A stretch of 64,000 bases of DNA, taken from contig MU054323.1 of the NCBI GenBank assembly GCA_013239625.1, positions 5,011,220-5,075,219 on the forward strand. The letters run 5' to 3'. The first letter of the stretch is position 1; each line of letters begins with the position of its first letter. The notes under the pieces are model-generated. The model was not told the origin of the DNA. It worked only from the letters and a program-made list of their open reading frames with translations, and did no database searches. Source of the stretch: Lama guanicoe (taxonomy: Eukaryota). Made by a program: the position numbers and the translations under genes. Positions 25,295 through 38,860 of this stretch are shown in pieces.

Positions 25295-25470
25295 CTAATC
25301 ATGATTGTGCCATTTTCTTATTGCATGACCCTTCCCAAGTTACTTAACATCCTAGCTGTTGTTATCTCTTAATAAGTGGATAATTATTTTGTTGTTCTCC
25401 AGGGCTTATTGCAAGATTTCAGTGAGGTTTATATGCAGAGCGTTAGCATATTCTCAGAATTTCAGCCGTG
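25295..25470 (+). mobile_element. MIR SINE
   Basis: gcatgacccttcccaagttacttaac...cagggcttattgcaagatttcagtgagg...gcagagcgttagca. Confidence 0.6.
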
Positions 25471-25879
25471 TTTTTGATGATTTATGTTATTATTTTATTG
25501 TTAGAAAATATGGAAGTCTTTCTACATCACTTTAACTGCTTGTAATCCTAATCTGAATATTCATCTTGGCTAGTACAATGGAATGAAAATGTCAATTTCA
25601 CTTATAAATCTAGATGAAATGGGATAGATAGAATATTACCAAATCAAATACACCAGTGTGTCATTACCAGCAAGGGTGTATCTCAGGAATATAATGTATG
25701 AATGGATTAACATCAGGAAATCTACTAATGTAATTCAGTATATTAAAAGATTAAAGGTGAATAACTATATGATTATCTTGGCAGAGTGCTGAAAGAAACT
25801 CAACATTCCTACTTGATAAAACTGTCTATATACTAAGAAAAGAAAACTTTCTTACCTGAAAAGATCTTCCACCAGTTGC

Positions 25880-26050
25880 ATACACTCCGAAGTTAGAACG
25901 CCTAAATTCTGGACTCCATTATCTATTAATTATGTGCTATAGGCAAGTTACTCATTTACTCTGGACCTCTGTTTTCCTCATATAAAAAGTGGGTATGCTA
26001 AGGGTACAGTGTCATTAGTTTGTTATAAAGATTAAATAAGAAAATTAGTA
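25880..26050 (+). mobile_element. MIR SINE
   Basis: ggcaagttactcatttactctggacctctgttttcctcatataaaaagtggg...gttataaagattaaataag. Confidence 0.7.
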
Positions 26051-26829
26051 AGTATTCCCTAAATTATAGCTTAAGGTGCATTTAATTATAAAACATGATT
26101 TCCACTTCATTAGTGATGAAGGTAAGATGTTCAGGGTCAATTTTCTTTTAAATGTATTATTGATGGTCCTTGCAAATACATTAACATTAAGAAAATAAAT
26201 GGGAGGGGAAATGTTAAAAAAGAATATTCAAAATGTTCACTAATCAAAGACAACATAAATATTACATAAAAATTCTAAAGAATCAACCAACAAACTATTA
26301 AAACTAATGCAACAATTGAATTAAGTATCTGAATATGAAATTAACATTAAACATTCGCACAGTTAAACTGGTAATAATTCTAGAAGTGTAATTTTAAAAA
26401 CCCATCTACAAATGCTACAAAAACCCATTTACTTCTAGATCTCTGTCAAAAGTGACATAGACATTTATAAAGACCTAAATTAAGATTCCCTGGGAGAAAG
26501 ATCCCAAATTGAAGATTTGTCAATTTCTTTCACATTCATTAATACATACTGATACATTTTTAAAATATTTTTTTCATGCTGATTCTACCATTGATAAAGA
26601 AGGAAAAATGCACAATAGTAAAGAAGTTTAAAGCCAAGAATAATGAGGTGAAACTTGACCCAATTCAAACTGTATGGTAAATAGAATAGCCCTATATACA
26701 AAATGAAATGGAGAATCAAAAAAATCAAGTTCAGACCGAATAAAATTTCACTTCCTTAACTTTTGAGAAAAAGATAAATAATTTAATATGTGTTTGAAAG
26801 AACTGGTCATCTCTATGAAAAAAACTAAG

Positions 26830-27230
26830 GCCCATCTTTATGTATCCGCTCCTATACCACTATTTCCTATACTCTTTTTCCCACATGGTAGCAGAGCATC
26901 CTTTTAAAATGCAAATCCGGCCATAGATTTAGATTTCCTGCTCATAACCCTCTAATGGCTTCTCACCACACCTAGAATAAAATAATGAAATCATACTTAT
27001 ATTCTGTAAGCCCCTAAATGTTATAGTATCCTGATTACTTTTCTAGACTACTTTTTCTCTCTACCACTCTGCCTCTCCCTCATGCTGGTCCAGTTCCCCT
27101 TGCCTCCGAACTACCCCTCTGCCTGGAATGTTCTTCCACCAGACGTCCACTGCATCTTGGTTTTGGAGTCATCAAGGAAAACACAGCTCAGCCAAGCACT
27201 GAAGGGAACAACACTTTACTTACATGGCAA
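26830..27230 (+). mobile_element. L2 fragment
   Basis: cttttaaaatgcaaatccggcca...ctctaatggcttctcacc...ccctctgcctggaatgttcttcc. Confidence 0.65.
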
Positions 27231-28789
27231 GATCAGCTTCAGTAGTGGGTGTCAGTCCTCCATGGCCAGCAGGTCCCTCCCGGCAGCTGAAATGGGGCCA
27301 TTGGCCTCCAAACATCTCTTGTGTCCCAGAATGAAGGATTCCATCCTCTCTCTGCAAGAGACAGAGGTAGTAGCAAGGTTGGCCAGGTGCTCTATGACAC
27401 ACACACTTTAGCTGAACAAAGGAGTGGATATTGAGTCTGAAACAGGGAAAGATATTGCTACACAAGGTGATCAGCCCAGTGCCAGCTGTGAGGGGTCCTA
27501 ATGTCTTAGTAGGAGAGAGCGTCAGGCCCCAGGCTTGTTCTTATGCAGCTCAGTAGGGCCCAAAAGACTGCATGCAAGAGACTGCATTTCTCAACACAAG
27601 TGTATATATTTTTTGTATGATTTATTACAAAACAACTGAAGAACAAAAGGAAGACAATGTCTAAGGCACAATACAACCATGAGACATTGGAGCAAACTAG
27701 CAAGTGTTACCTTGTTTTAGAACCTACTCTAAGGTCTAGGAGCCATAGGGACTTCTCCATGAGATGGAACACTCCTTCATCAATCTTCTGAATTAAGTGT
27801 CTTCACTCCCAGTTTATAATTGGAGAAGCTAAGTTTTAGGGAGTTTCAGTAACTTCTAATTTTTGGTTGCAAAAATTTCACTGAAGGGCAGAAACATTTG
27901 CACTACTCAGAGAAAGTGCTGGTGCTCCGATGAGAAGGGGCAGGGAGAGGAAAGGGACGACGCCACACGCATACAAGAGGAGAGCTGAGCCAGGGCCTGC
28001 CTTGGTTACCCGAGAGTCATCACAAGCTAAGGTCCTGCTAAACATTTTCCAGGAGCTCCCCACGGATAGTTCAGACCAACATTTTCTCATAAATTCAGAG
28101 TATGACCTGGAAATGCATTTCACCGGACTGTCTAAGAGTACCCTCCCTGCCCCCTAAAACGCCAGTCAAACAGGTCAAGCGAGCCATGGAATTAAATTTC
28201 CCACAAATAGCGAACAATTTATTTCTTTTTATTCCCTATGATCCGGTGTAATAGTGGCTTAGAGGTTATTGCCATTTGCAGAGACTTAAGACAGTTACTA
28301 TATGTAAGGGCTTCTTAGAAAAAAGAGAATATCTCAGAATTAAATTTTACTCCTTAAAACATGAGAGATTTCATTCCTTGCGTCTCCAAAAGAAAATAAG
28401 CATAACTGGAAATAATTTTACAGATTAACTTCTCCATAACTGTTATTTTTTTAAAAAAATCAATAAAAGGGGAATCTTCCTTTCGTGAGGTTTTCTAACC
28501 ACAGGTCATAAAGAATTTAGTGTGTTTTTCTTTAGGATAAGAGATTTTTGACAATAACCTGCCTACTGAAGGAATTTAGAAAAGGAAAGGCTGAGTAACA
28601 AATTAAAGGCAAAAATTTAGTTTAGGCAAAATGCTGCTGCTAAGAGTCAGACTGCCATATTTATGCAACAAATACTTATTGATTTTCTGCATCCATAGTG
28701 CCCACACTGTGCTAAGTTTCCATGTTAAATACTGAGCAAATTAGAAATAAAACAGACTGGCTCCTCCTTTAATTGAACTTAGAGGCGAT

Positions 28790-29450
28790 AGAGGATTTTT
28801 TTCAAGATAAATTACGATTTTCAAGAAAACTGCACACTAATCTCAGTTAAAACCATAGATCCAATAATTCCAAATAAAATATCAACCATAATAATCACTA
28901 TAACAAAACAATACACATTATAACCAATTAGGGCTTAATCTAAAAATGCAAGAATGGTTGATGATGAGAAACTATTAACAATACACTTTTCAGTAAGGCA
29001 AAGAAGAAAAAAAATCTGACCGTATCGCTAGTATGATGGATTTAAATAAAATTATGCATCTTTCTGATAAAAGCTATACAAACTAAGAATTGAAGAAGCT
29101 ACCTTAATAATAAAAAACTATTTACATTATACTAACAAATAATGCCATATCTAATAGTTAAATATTAAAGAAATTCCACTGAGCTCAGAAGCAAAACTTT
29201 TATACCAGTTTTCATTATGTGCTTTAGTATTTCTCTGGAAGTCTAGCCATCACAATATGATAAAATTAACTTTTTCTATCAGCTGGAAAAAAGAAACTAA
29301 TGTACAAATATGTATGGATTAGATTGTTTATATAAGAATATAAATGATTACAAAATAAATATCCAAAAATAATTATATTCATATGTACCAGAAATAATTG
29401 CTTAGAGAAACATAATGTGAAAATACAAATTAAAAATAAAAAAATCTATA
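28790..29450 (+). mobile_element. Ancient L1 ORF2 remnant
   Basis: ataaccaattagggcttaatctaaaaatgcaagaatggtt...aaactaagaattgaag...ctggaagtctagccatcacaata. Confidence 0.65.
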
Positions 29451-29589
29451 AGTATTTACCAATTCCCACTATTGAAATATATTTTTGTGTTTTCAAATAT
29501 TTTAAAATTTCAAACAGGAATGTAATAAACATATTTGAACTTGTCTAAAAGTGCACATGTTCTCATTTTCATCATAATAATCTATCAAA

Positions 29590-31560
29590 GTTAGTTTTAC
29601 TGTATATGTAGCTCTTTTGAATAGCACATGTCTGGATTTATTTTATTTTTCCAATCTCTTAGATCTTGATAAAATGGATGAGTTTAATAATTATATTTTA
29701 TAGTGATTATTAGTATATCAGGGCTATCTACATCATCTTACTTTATGTCTTACTTTTACTGTTTATTACGTTTTTATTGTCTGTCCTTTATTAGATTGGC
29801 CAAGTGGTTAGTTTTGTGTTTCCTCTACCTGTTGGAAAGATGTACCTAATGTATCTTTTGTTTTAGAAGACACGTAAATATGTGACATACTCAAAACAGT
29901 GAAAAGTTAACCCACCTCCCCAACCTCCTTTGTTTAACAGAACATTAGAATTACTTAAGAAAAATCTTCCCCAACTCTTACCTTCCCTATTATATTTAAC
30001 ATTTCAGTTCTACCAATTTCTGTACTTTCCAACTTTGTCAGTTCTATGATTTACAGTCAATGCTTGTTTAGATTGATCCACATTTGCTATTTCTTTCATC
30101 TTTCTTTTGGTGTCAGTAGCCTTCCTGCTGAAGTGTATCCTTAGTAGTTCTTACAGTGAAAATCTACCAGAAGAAAATTTCCTCAGTCTTTGCCAGAAAA
30201 TATCCTTATTTCACCTTCATTCTTACATAGTATATTATGCTTTGAAACTCTGAGTGATCAGTTATTTCTTCTTTGTACTATGGGGATATATTTCTTCTGT
30301 CTTGGTTTGACATTGTGGGTGGAATATTTGTTGTAGGCCCATTTGGTATTGCTTTATAAAAAAAAATCTATCTCTTCTTTCAGGAAACATAACTATTTTT
30401 GTCTTTAATGTTACAAGATTTCACTGTAATTCAACCAAGTGTGGATGTTTATATTTACCTTGTTTAAGACTTAGAGAGTTCAGTCACTTTGAAAATCCAG
30501 ACTTTCATCAATGTGGGAAATTTCTCAGTGTACAATATCCCTCCCTTATACTTTATCTCTTTTCACTTTGGACATCTGGACTTTATTTTGTTCTCTATAT
30601 CTCTTAAAACATAATTTCTGTGTCTTAACCAGTTTGTGTTTTCCCACATGATTTCCTACCTTCTGTCTTCCAATTAATATATTCACTCTTCAACTATATC
30701 CAATCAATTTATCAACTCATCCAAAAAGGGTTTATTATTTTTTTATTTTAATAAATTTGTATTTTGTTTTTTAGACAAGGTGTTTCCTTTCCAATAGTAT
30801 CTCTTCTTATATCATACTGTAAAGTTCTTATAGCATTTATTATTTTCTTTGTCTATCTGACCATTATTAAATCTACTTATATCAAATTCTCTTCTAAATT
30901 AGTTTATTATCACCAGTTCTCTTCTATTTGGTGTGCTTGCTGACTCTCAATCTTTTATTTCATATGAGATTCATAATTTTTAAAATATAAGTTCATTCTC
31001 ATCAGGGGCAGTTTTCAGTTAGAGCTTTATTTTTTTCTGGATTGTAAGAATATCTTTTCAGAAATATTTGCTTTTAAAGGATCTTTTCCCTGGACTAGCA
31101 GGAGGTGTCAACTATGGCATATGAATTCATACTTCATAGAAGGGAAAACCCCTGACATCATGATTCTTTTCAAGTCATCGTTTCTGTTCATACCCTCAGA
31201 CAGGCTGCAAGTTTTTGTGCTGCTTTTCTGGATTGTGAAGTTTGCACAGATTCCATTTTACGAATGGATCAGGCTTTATGAATCCAGGTTTTATGCAGTG
31301 TCTCATTTCCAAACCCCAGCACAATCTCTTCCTCTTACAGACGGTAGTAGAGCCCTAGGCTCCAGTCAGTAAAGTTCATGAGCCACCCCCAAACTTCAGT
31401 TTCCATTCAGTGCTCCAACTTTCAGTTTCCTTTTTATTTGGAGACTTTTTTCCTTGTTTAGATCTTGTGCTCAGTTATATAATTTTATTTGCAGTTGTTA
31501 CATTTTAAGTGGCATTTCAATGTACTGGAAATGGGAAAGAAGACATCCTAGGTCAGCTCA
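29590..31560 (-). mobile_element. Ancient L1/HAL1 5' and ORF1-region remnant
   Basis: T-rich; ttatttcaccttcattctt...ttttgtctttaatgttacaagatttcactgtaat...tgggaaatttctcag, typical of antisense L1 ORF1. Confidence 0.6.
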
Positions 31561-32830
31561 GTCCAGCTATTTAATGGAAACCAACTTTGCATTTACATGA
31601 AACATTCTAATTGTCAATTTAGTTTCAGTCTTCTATGCAGAATGATTTCCTTGAGGGTAAGAACTATATTCTGTTCATCTGTGTTTCTATTTGTTGAACA
31701 AATGAACTCATCACCTATGACCTCATCTTACTCTTGCCATTTTGTGATATTTCTAAATTCTGCTGGCTACTGACAAAGTTTTTGCAACATTTGGTTGCTA
31801 CAACATAAACATATGAAGCCACAGTGACCTTTAGTGTTTGGTGGGGTTTAATGAAGCTTTGTCTGAATGATGCTTTGAAATCCAGATGCAGAAAGCAGGC
31901 TTTCCCAGGCTCCATTATTGGGAGAAAATGAAAACAGAAGCATAATTACAATGTATGCCTTTAGTAAAGCTGCCACCTGGGATTAGAGGTAGGCTTCGTT
32001 TTATTGAAAATGTTAAATAGTTGCTTCAAAAGTTCAATGAATCAATTAACATTTCTTTGTATTTAAGCCTGCTTTTTGGGGGAGGGAAATTTGAAAGCCT
32101 TTGTACCAATTCTATTCTTAAAACAAAACTGAGCAATATGATTTGTTAAATATTTTCAGCAAGTCTCAATCCAATTGAATGATAATGTTTCAATTTGTCA
32201 ACTTTATTAGACATTTCTATCTTTATGTCTACCAATAGTAACTCCTCTGAAGGTTTAAACACATAGGCAATGTCACCTTTTATCTAGATTTTAGTTTCCA
32301 TTATTTTTGCGGCTATAGTTTTATGGGAAAAAATACATGTATATGCTATTGTGATTGTATCTACATTATATCTATTTAGATGTTAAATAGCAATGTGCCT
32401 TTTCCAAGAAGATGGTGGAATGAGTACCATTTCCAAGAAACAACTCTCTTCTTCTTATAACAATTAAATCAGAACTCCTAATCCTTTTCTTAATCTATGC
32501 CCCTTATAATGCTTTCTCAGTTCTTTTCATGTTCCTATCAGCCAAACAAATTTCATAGAACTTTCTTTTCTACATCCTGTTTTAAGAAAGCAAGCATATT
32601 GAAAATGATGTTTCAAACTATGTCTCCACACCTCAGACTACTTCTCTACAGACTCAACAGCTTTTAAAATAAATATGGCCTGCCTTATACTAGACCAGGA
32701 CCTACCATAAATAAAATTTCACACTTTCTATATATTAGTAAAATTTTTTTTCAATAAGAACAGATAAAACTCCAGATCTCAACAGGATGTTCTAAATTTC
32801 TACTCTAACTAGATAAGAGCTAATGTATAT

Positions 32831-33065
32831 CAGGTATTGGCAGACAATGACTAGTATGACAAATCCAGCCCATGGCCTGATTTTTTTTTTAATAAAATTT
32901 TATTTAAATGCAGATACATCTATTTGTTTCTGTAATAACTATGGCTACTTCCTGGCTATATCAGCAAACTTGAGAAATTGCAAATGTTGCAGCAGAAAGT
33001 ATATGGCCCACACAGATAAAAATATTTACAATCTAGCTCTTTATAGAAAAGTTTGCAGACTCTTG
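32831..33065. mobile_element. MER58A hAT-Charlie MITE, near full length
   Basis: caggtattggcagac...aaatccagccc...aataaaattttatt...tatggcccacacag...aaaatatttacaatctagctctttatagaaaagtttgcagactcttg with degraded TIRs. Confidence 0.85.
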
Positions 33066-33189
33066 CTTTAAATCACTTAGGGCTGCACTGAGGTAAAATT
33101 TCTTAAACTAATTAATGCATAACGGGCTTTGCAACTGGTGTAGCTTTATAATTCTAGAGCCAAATATTAGCAAACTACTTGAACAGATA

Positions 33190-33580
33190 AGGTGATAATA
33201 TTTTTGTTCAAAATAGTTTCTGTATCTTCCTGGGAGGAGAATTATATTTTCTGGCTCCTTTAACATCAGGCCTGGCCATATAACTTCTTTGCCCAATGAA
33301 CTGTGAATTGAATAATGTGTTTCACCTCCAGGAAGAAGCTTTAAAATCCAATGCATGACTTGCCATGCACTTTTTTTCCATCTGGAAGGAGGCTGGTGAT
33401 GTGTTAGAGGTTGTTCTGACAGCCTGAACCCTTAGTAAAGGTAACAGAGAATAGAACTGCAGCCAATCCACAGTAAATATCGTCATGGGTGAGGAATAAA
33501 CCTTTTTTTATTTGAAAGCCATTGCAACTTTGGGGTTGCTTCTCACTGCACAATAACTAAACTTAAGCTGACTAATAAAA
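33190..33580 (+). mobile_element. MLT1 (MaLR) solo LTR, MLT1I/J-like
   Basis: caggcctggccatataacttctttgcccaatgaa...ggaagaagctttaa...aataaacc...aagccattgcaactttggggttg...gctgactaata. Confidence 0.75.
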
Positions 33581-34059
33581 GTTTCCTGAAGAAAGATGTT
33601 TTAATTGGCTCCTTGAGAGTTCAGAAGCTAGAGTGAAGATCAAATAAGCAAAGTAAGCAAACAAATAAATGAATGCATTTTTTTAGAAGTCTGAATCTGT
33701 ATAAAAATAAAACTTTCTATTTTCAGTGAACCAACAGCATATCTAGTAAACAATATTAAGATCAATTACACAGAGACTACAACTGAAAAAAAAAAACACA
33801 TAATGGAGACTGAAATACAAACAAGAATCCTTCAGCTTCAAGAGTACAAAGTTGATGATAAACCTAATTTTGTCACATTTCTATCACACACAGGCAATAA
33901 AGAAATAGACATTTAATTCTATCATTTGACTAGCAGGTAGGTGTCTGTTTTATGCCCCACTAATTCATGTACTTGCATCTAAAAGAAAATTAAACTAATT
34001 TGAGAGCTATTATAATTTTTTTAAAAAGGAATATCCTTGAACCAATTGTCATAACTAAC

Positions 34060-34790
34060 TTCAAAACTTTAAAAGTGAAAAACACAAATGGTCAAAAAAA
34101 AACCTATGAAAAGTTTATACATGATAGATATGTTAATAAATGAGAAGATACTGCTTTCCTCCAAAGGATACAATAAAATCTCAGTATCTAATGTTGGGGA
34201 ATATTTAGAAAAACATGTATTTTTCCCTCCATACATTGCTGTTGAGATTATAAAATGGTAAAATCTTTCTGGGAGGTCACATTGTGATATGTATCAAAAA
34301 TCATAATAATCATAACATTTGATCCAACAATTCTGCAACTATGAATTTATCCTAAGGAAATAATTAGGCACGTGTGAAAATATTAATTTACAACAGTAGT
34401 CATCTGATCACAGTTGAGAAGAAAAAATTGAAACTAACATATATTTCCTAAAATATGGAACTGGTTAAATAATCATGCCAAATATTTCTATGGAAATCTA
34501 TTAAGCAATTAAAAATTAGGTAATGGAAAAATAATTACATGAAAATAAGATCATAGTAGATTATCAAGCAGAACTAACCAATAAACAACAGGATAAAAAT
34601 CAGTATACATAGTATGAGTACATATTAGCATAGGGAACATTCTAGAATATATGCACAAAATTGTGACTAATGATTAAGTGTCAATTGTTAGATTAAGGAT
34701 TACATTTAATGCCTTTTTCTTGTATTTGTTTTCTAATTAGTGCATAATATGTACAGATTGCTTCAGGTAAAGAAAATTTAAATTAATAAA
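34060..34790 (+). mobile_element. L1ME-like ORF2 end plus 3'UTR
   Basis: catacattgctgttgagattataaaatggta...tttgatccaacaattctgcaactatgaatttatcctaaggaaata. Confidence 0.75.
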
Positions 34791-35599
34791 TCATTAAGCA
34801 AAGTAATTGAGCACAGCAAAATATATATAACATAATATGTATTTATATATAATAAACTGAATATATTATCTCTCTAAATCTATATATACATACATATATA
34901 TACACACATACACACACAAATATCTCCTAAAAGATTTCCAGAGATTATAGACTAAATATGATATTTAAATTTGTGATAAGAAAGTCATCAAAATACATAT
35001 GGATAGGAAAATATATCCAGTATATCAAATTAGAATACATTTAAATATTTTAAAGGTGAACAGCTAACTATAGAAATCATCACTAACCTGATAAGTTTTA
35101 TATAGAAATACATGCCACAATTTTTATATAATTCAAATTGCTAATTTTTAATTTTTCAATGATAATTGAAGTCATTGAGGAAATATTGAGATAGTATTGC
35201 AATATTTACTTTTATAATTTAAAATGAATTTAATATCTTTATAAGCACTTATGTAGTTAAAATCAAATTAATACATGCTCAGAAAAATACATAAACTATA
35301 GCTGATAAATCGATTAAACTTTTTTTAGACATAGGACAGAACTAGGTAACTTAGAAAAGACAAAATGCAACAAACAGAAAAATACTCAACTCAGAAAAGC
35401 AACACATATTTAAATAAAGAACTTTACAGTTTTACTAAAGCAGCAACACATATGATGAAAATCAATGAGGGACCACTTGTGAAAAGTGAACATGGCATTC
35501 ATGGCTACATGGATATACCTTCACCTAGAGAATACACTATAACAATTTAAAAATATTTAGTTTTCCTATATGAAAATAAAACTTAGGCATCATAAAATA

Positions 35600-36545
35600 T
35601 TGAAAATTATGATGAAATTTAAGAAAATAATGAAATTCACCTGTAATCACACCGCTGATGGGTAGTCATCACACTTTATCTGTTAATGCTATTAAGTTTT
35701 TGCTTCCATCTCTCCATTTCTCTTATTTTTGCCTTCTCACTCTCTCTCACTGCCTTTTTTCTTTTTCTCTTACGCGGCCTTTATTTATACTGCATTATAT
35801 TATGGGCATTAACCCATGTTGTTATGTGATCTTCAAAAACTATGACTTTTATTGTCAACATATTTCATCACGCAGAAGAATTATAACATTTAACTCTCCC
35901 GACAGTATTCAATTATGTTGTTATACCCAAATTTTGGGAATTACAAACAGCTGGCCAAATTTTTTAACATAACTTCATTCTCATCTGTATGTTCTGACAA
36001 TACATTTTTGAAACTGAAAATACTGTGTCAAATGGTCTAATACATATTAATACAGCTATAGAGATACACACAAAGATAAGTGTACATATATAAGATCTAT
36101 CGGTAGCAAACATAACAAGATAAAGACTCCTTTCATTCCCATACCCCCCCACCTTGTTTCTATGTTATCCAGTCAGGCTCTTCAGAGATAATTGTTTTAG
36201 ATGGGTTCTTATGTATTATCTTATCAGAACTTCTCCAAACACGTGCGTGCATGTGCGCGCATGCACACACACTCACAATGATTTCATGCTGATGACATGT
36301 TTTCACATCAGAAAAACGAGTCTATTTTGTTCTTTTTCATGACTTATGGTTATACAAGTTATGGCTGCAGGATTATCATGTTTAAGGCAACCCATCCCCG
36401 CTGCTGAATAGTAAGTTTTTCATTTCCCCTACCCTATCCTTGCAAGGTTTTCCCCTGTGAAAGTGTATATTTGAATGCAATGGCTGAGACAAAGAATACG
36501 CATAGCTGATAATACTTGCCATATGTTTTCCAGTAAGATTGCCAA
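35600..36545 (-). mobile_element. L1ME-like 3' region fragments
   Basis: tgttatacccaaattttgggaattacaaacagctg...aaatactgtgtcaaatgg...tacttgccatatgttttccag. Confidence 0.45.
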
Positions 36546-36549
36546 ATGG

Positions 36550-37041
36550 GAAACTGAAGACTCCATTCAGAGTTTTACCAGGACTGTCAGGACTCAGCTA
36601 GGATTTATCACAGCCACATAGGAAGGGCACACAGAATGTTAGGGTAAAACAGGCAGGCAGTGTCTGGAGGAGTCCACGTGCAGGCCACTTTGTGCTCTCG
36701 CCATCTCAGGAGGGGCCACACAGAATACACTCTCTCCAGCAATGAAAAGGCAGTAATACATGCGTGATCTCTCCCCAGGTTAAGGCCCATGAGAGATGCA
36801 GTGCCCAAGGTTTTCATTGTAAGCTGGTCACATAGGCGCCTTCTATCTGGCGTGTACCAAAATTCCAGAAGGAAAGCAAACGTTCAGCATAAACCACATT
36901 GTTGTATATAAAGCCTAGGCACCATGAGTCACGTTTTCTAGTTAGAAAAACATGGAAACCCTGTGAGATCCAAGTTCCCAGCTGTCTCCTTTGCAAGCAG
37001 AGCTTTCTACGAACATCAGTCTCAGGGCTGCTTTCCGTACA
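36550..37041 (-). mobile_element. MER21-like LTR
   Basis: cagtgcccaaggttttc...gctggtcacataggc...gtaccaaaattccagaaggaaagcaaacgttcagcataaaccacattgtt...ccaagttcccag...cagtctcaggg. Confidence 0.85.
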
Positions 37042-37144
37042 GAAACAGGCCGGCAGTAATGTGATATGTCCTGTTTCCTTGTACCTTGTCAGACAAATGC
37101 TCTTTTCAGACTTTTTTTTTCAGAAGCAAAGAAAGGGAGGGACA

Positions 37145-37749
37145 GGCTAATAGGTAAAAATGAATGTTTCATTTAATTTCATTTTCATTTCTTTAATCAT
37201 GACTGAAGTTGTGTGTGTTTTTATCTACTTGTTCGTCACTTGTACTTTGAAATGTTTTGTCAAAACATTCATTAGACTACTTTATATGAAGAAAATTAGC
37301 CCTTTCTGTCATAAATTACAAACGTTCTTTTATCAATTAATTATTGTTTTTTTTTAACCTCAGCTTTGATATTTCTGACCACTCTATTATTTATTTATTT
37401 TCATATAATGAAACATTTTTATCCTTCTTGTGTAATTTCTGGGCTATATGTTATGTTAAATAATGCACTTACATTTTCTTCTAGGACTTTTATAGTTTCT
37501 TTCTTTCCATTTAAGTATTTAGTATATATATCTTAAACATATTTTTTATGGTGATCTGTGTTTATTTTCTTTTTAGGTTTTTAAAATGTTAATCCAGGTA
37601 TCACTATAGGATGAATTCAATTAAAACTGTTATTCACATACCTGAAATAGAAACTTTAACATATATTAAATTACTCTGGACTGTACAGGGGCCCTCATTT
37701 CTGTCCCCATGATTTGAGTGTTCCTGGTCTAGCACCAACAACACGATAC
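37145..37749 (-). mobile_element. Old L1 ORF2 remnant
   Basis: ttcattttcatttctttaatcatgactgaagttg...ttttcttctaggacttttatagtt...catttaagtattta. Confidence 0.65.
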
Positions 37750-37856
37750 TGAAGTTCATCTAGAAGTAGTATGTGAGGCTAGGCAAGACAAGCCTGGAAA
37801 AGATGTGAAATGGGAAGGGAGGAGTGGGGAGACTAATGTTGCCAAACTATGCCAAA

Positions 37857-38860
37857 ACATGGTTTCTCTTCTATGTCTGAGAGTCTATTTCTGGTTTGTA
37901 AATAAGTTCATTTGTATCATATTTTAGATTCCACATATAAGTGATATCATATGGCATGTGTCTTCTCTTTCTGACTTACTTCACTTAGTATGATAATCTC
38001 TAAGTGAATCCATGTGTTGCAAATGGCATTATTTCATTCTTTTTTATGGCTGAGTAGTATTCTATTGTAAATATATACTACATCTTCTTTATCCATTCAT
38101 CTGTTGATGGACATTTAGGTTGCTTCCATGTCTTGGCTACTGTAAATAGTACTGCTATGAACATTGGGGTGCATGTATCTTTTCAAATTAGAGTTTTCTC
38201 CAGATATATGCCCAGGAGTGGGATTGTTGGATCACATATAAGTCTATTTTTAGTTTTTTAAAGAACCTCCAGACTGTTCTCCATAGTGATTGCATTGACT
38301 TATATTCCCACCAACAGTGTAGGAAAGTTCCCTTTTCTTCACACCCTCTCCAGCATTTATTATTTGTAGACTTTTTAATGATGGCCATTCTGACCAGTGT
38401 GAGGTGATACCACATTGTAGTTTTGATTTGCATTTCTCTGATAATTAGTGATATCAAGCATCTTTTCATGTGCTTTTTGGGCATCTGTATGTCTTCTTTG
38501 GAGAAATGTTTATTTTGGTCTCCTGCCCATTTTCTGATTTTTTTGGGGGGTGGCATATAAAGCTGTGTGACCTGTTTGTGTATTTTGGAAACTAATCCCT
38601 TGTCAGTCACATCATTTGCAAATGTTTTCTCCCATTCTGTAGTTTGTCCTTTCATCTTGTTTATGGTTTCCTTTGCTGTGCAAAAGCTTTTAAGTTTAAT
38701 GAGGTCCTGTTTGTTTAATTTGGCTTTTATTTCTATTACTCTAGGAGATGGATCCAAAAAAATACATTACTACAATTTACATCAAAGAGTGTTCTGCCTG
38801 TGTCTTCCTCTAGGAGTTTTAGAGTATCCAGTCCTACATGTAGGTCTTCAATCCATTTTT
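37857..38860 (-). mobile_element. Younger L1 (artiodactyl/L1MA-like): ORF2 C-terminus plus partial 3'UTR, truncated at both ends
   Basis: Encodes ORF 38188-38757; 3'UTR reads ttagattccacatataagtgatatcatatg on the plus strand; no poly(A) tail. Confidence 0.95.
38188..38757 (-). pseudogene. LINE-1 ORF2p C-terminal remnant (Cys-rich domain)
   Basis: DLIKLKSFCTAKETINKMK...HFSKEDIQM...HMKRC...[10 protein letters not shown]...[17 protein letters not shown] are canonical L1 ORF2p motifs. Confidence 0.93.

Larger units (their letters stand above)
25130..26830 (+). mobile_element. Ancient L1 (L1ME/L1M5-like) ORF1 and ORF2 remnants, split by MIRs
   Basis: gaataatattgtcaaagtgctaagggaaaa (ORF1-like); ttaacatcaggaaatctactaatgtaattc, aaagaatcaaccaacaaactattaaaactaat and ataaagacctaaat (ORF2-like). 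Confidence 0.7.

Noticed and set aside
38188..38757. 189-aa ORF as a host gene or active retrotransposon
   Set aside because: It is only the L1 ORF2p C-terminus, with no endonuclease or RT domain, and the element is truncated at both ends.
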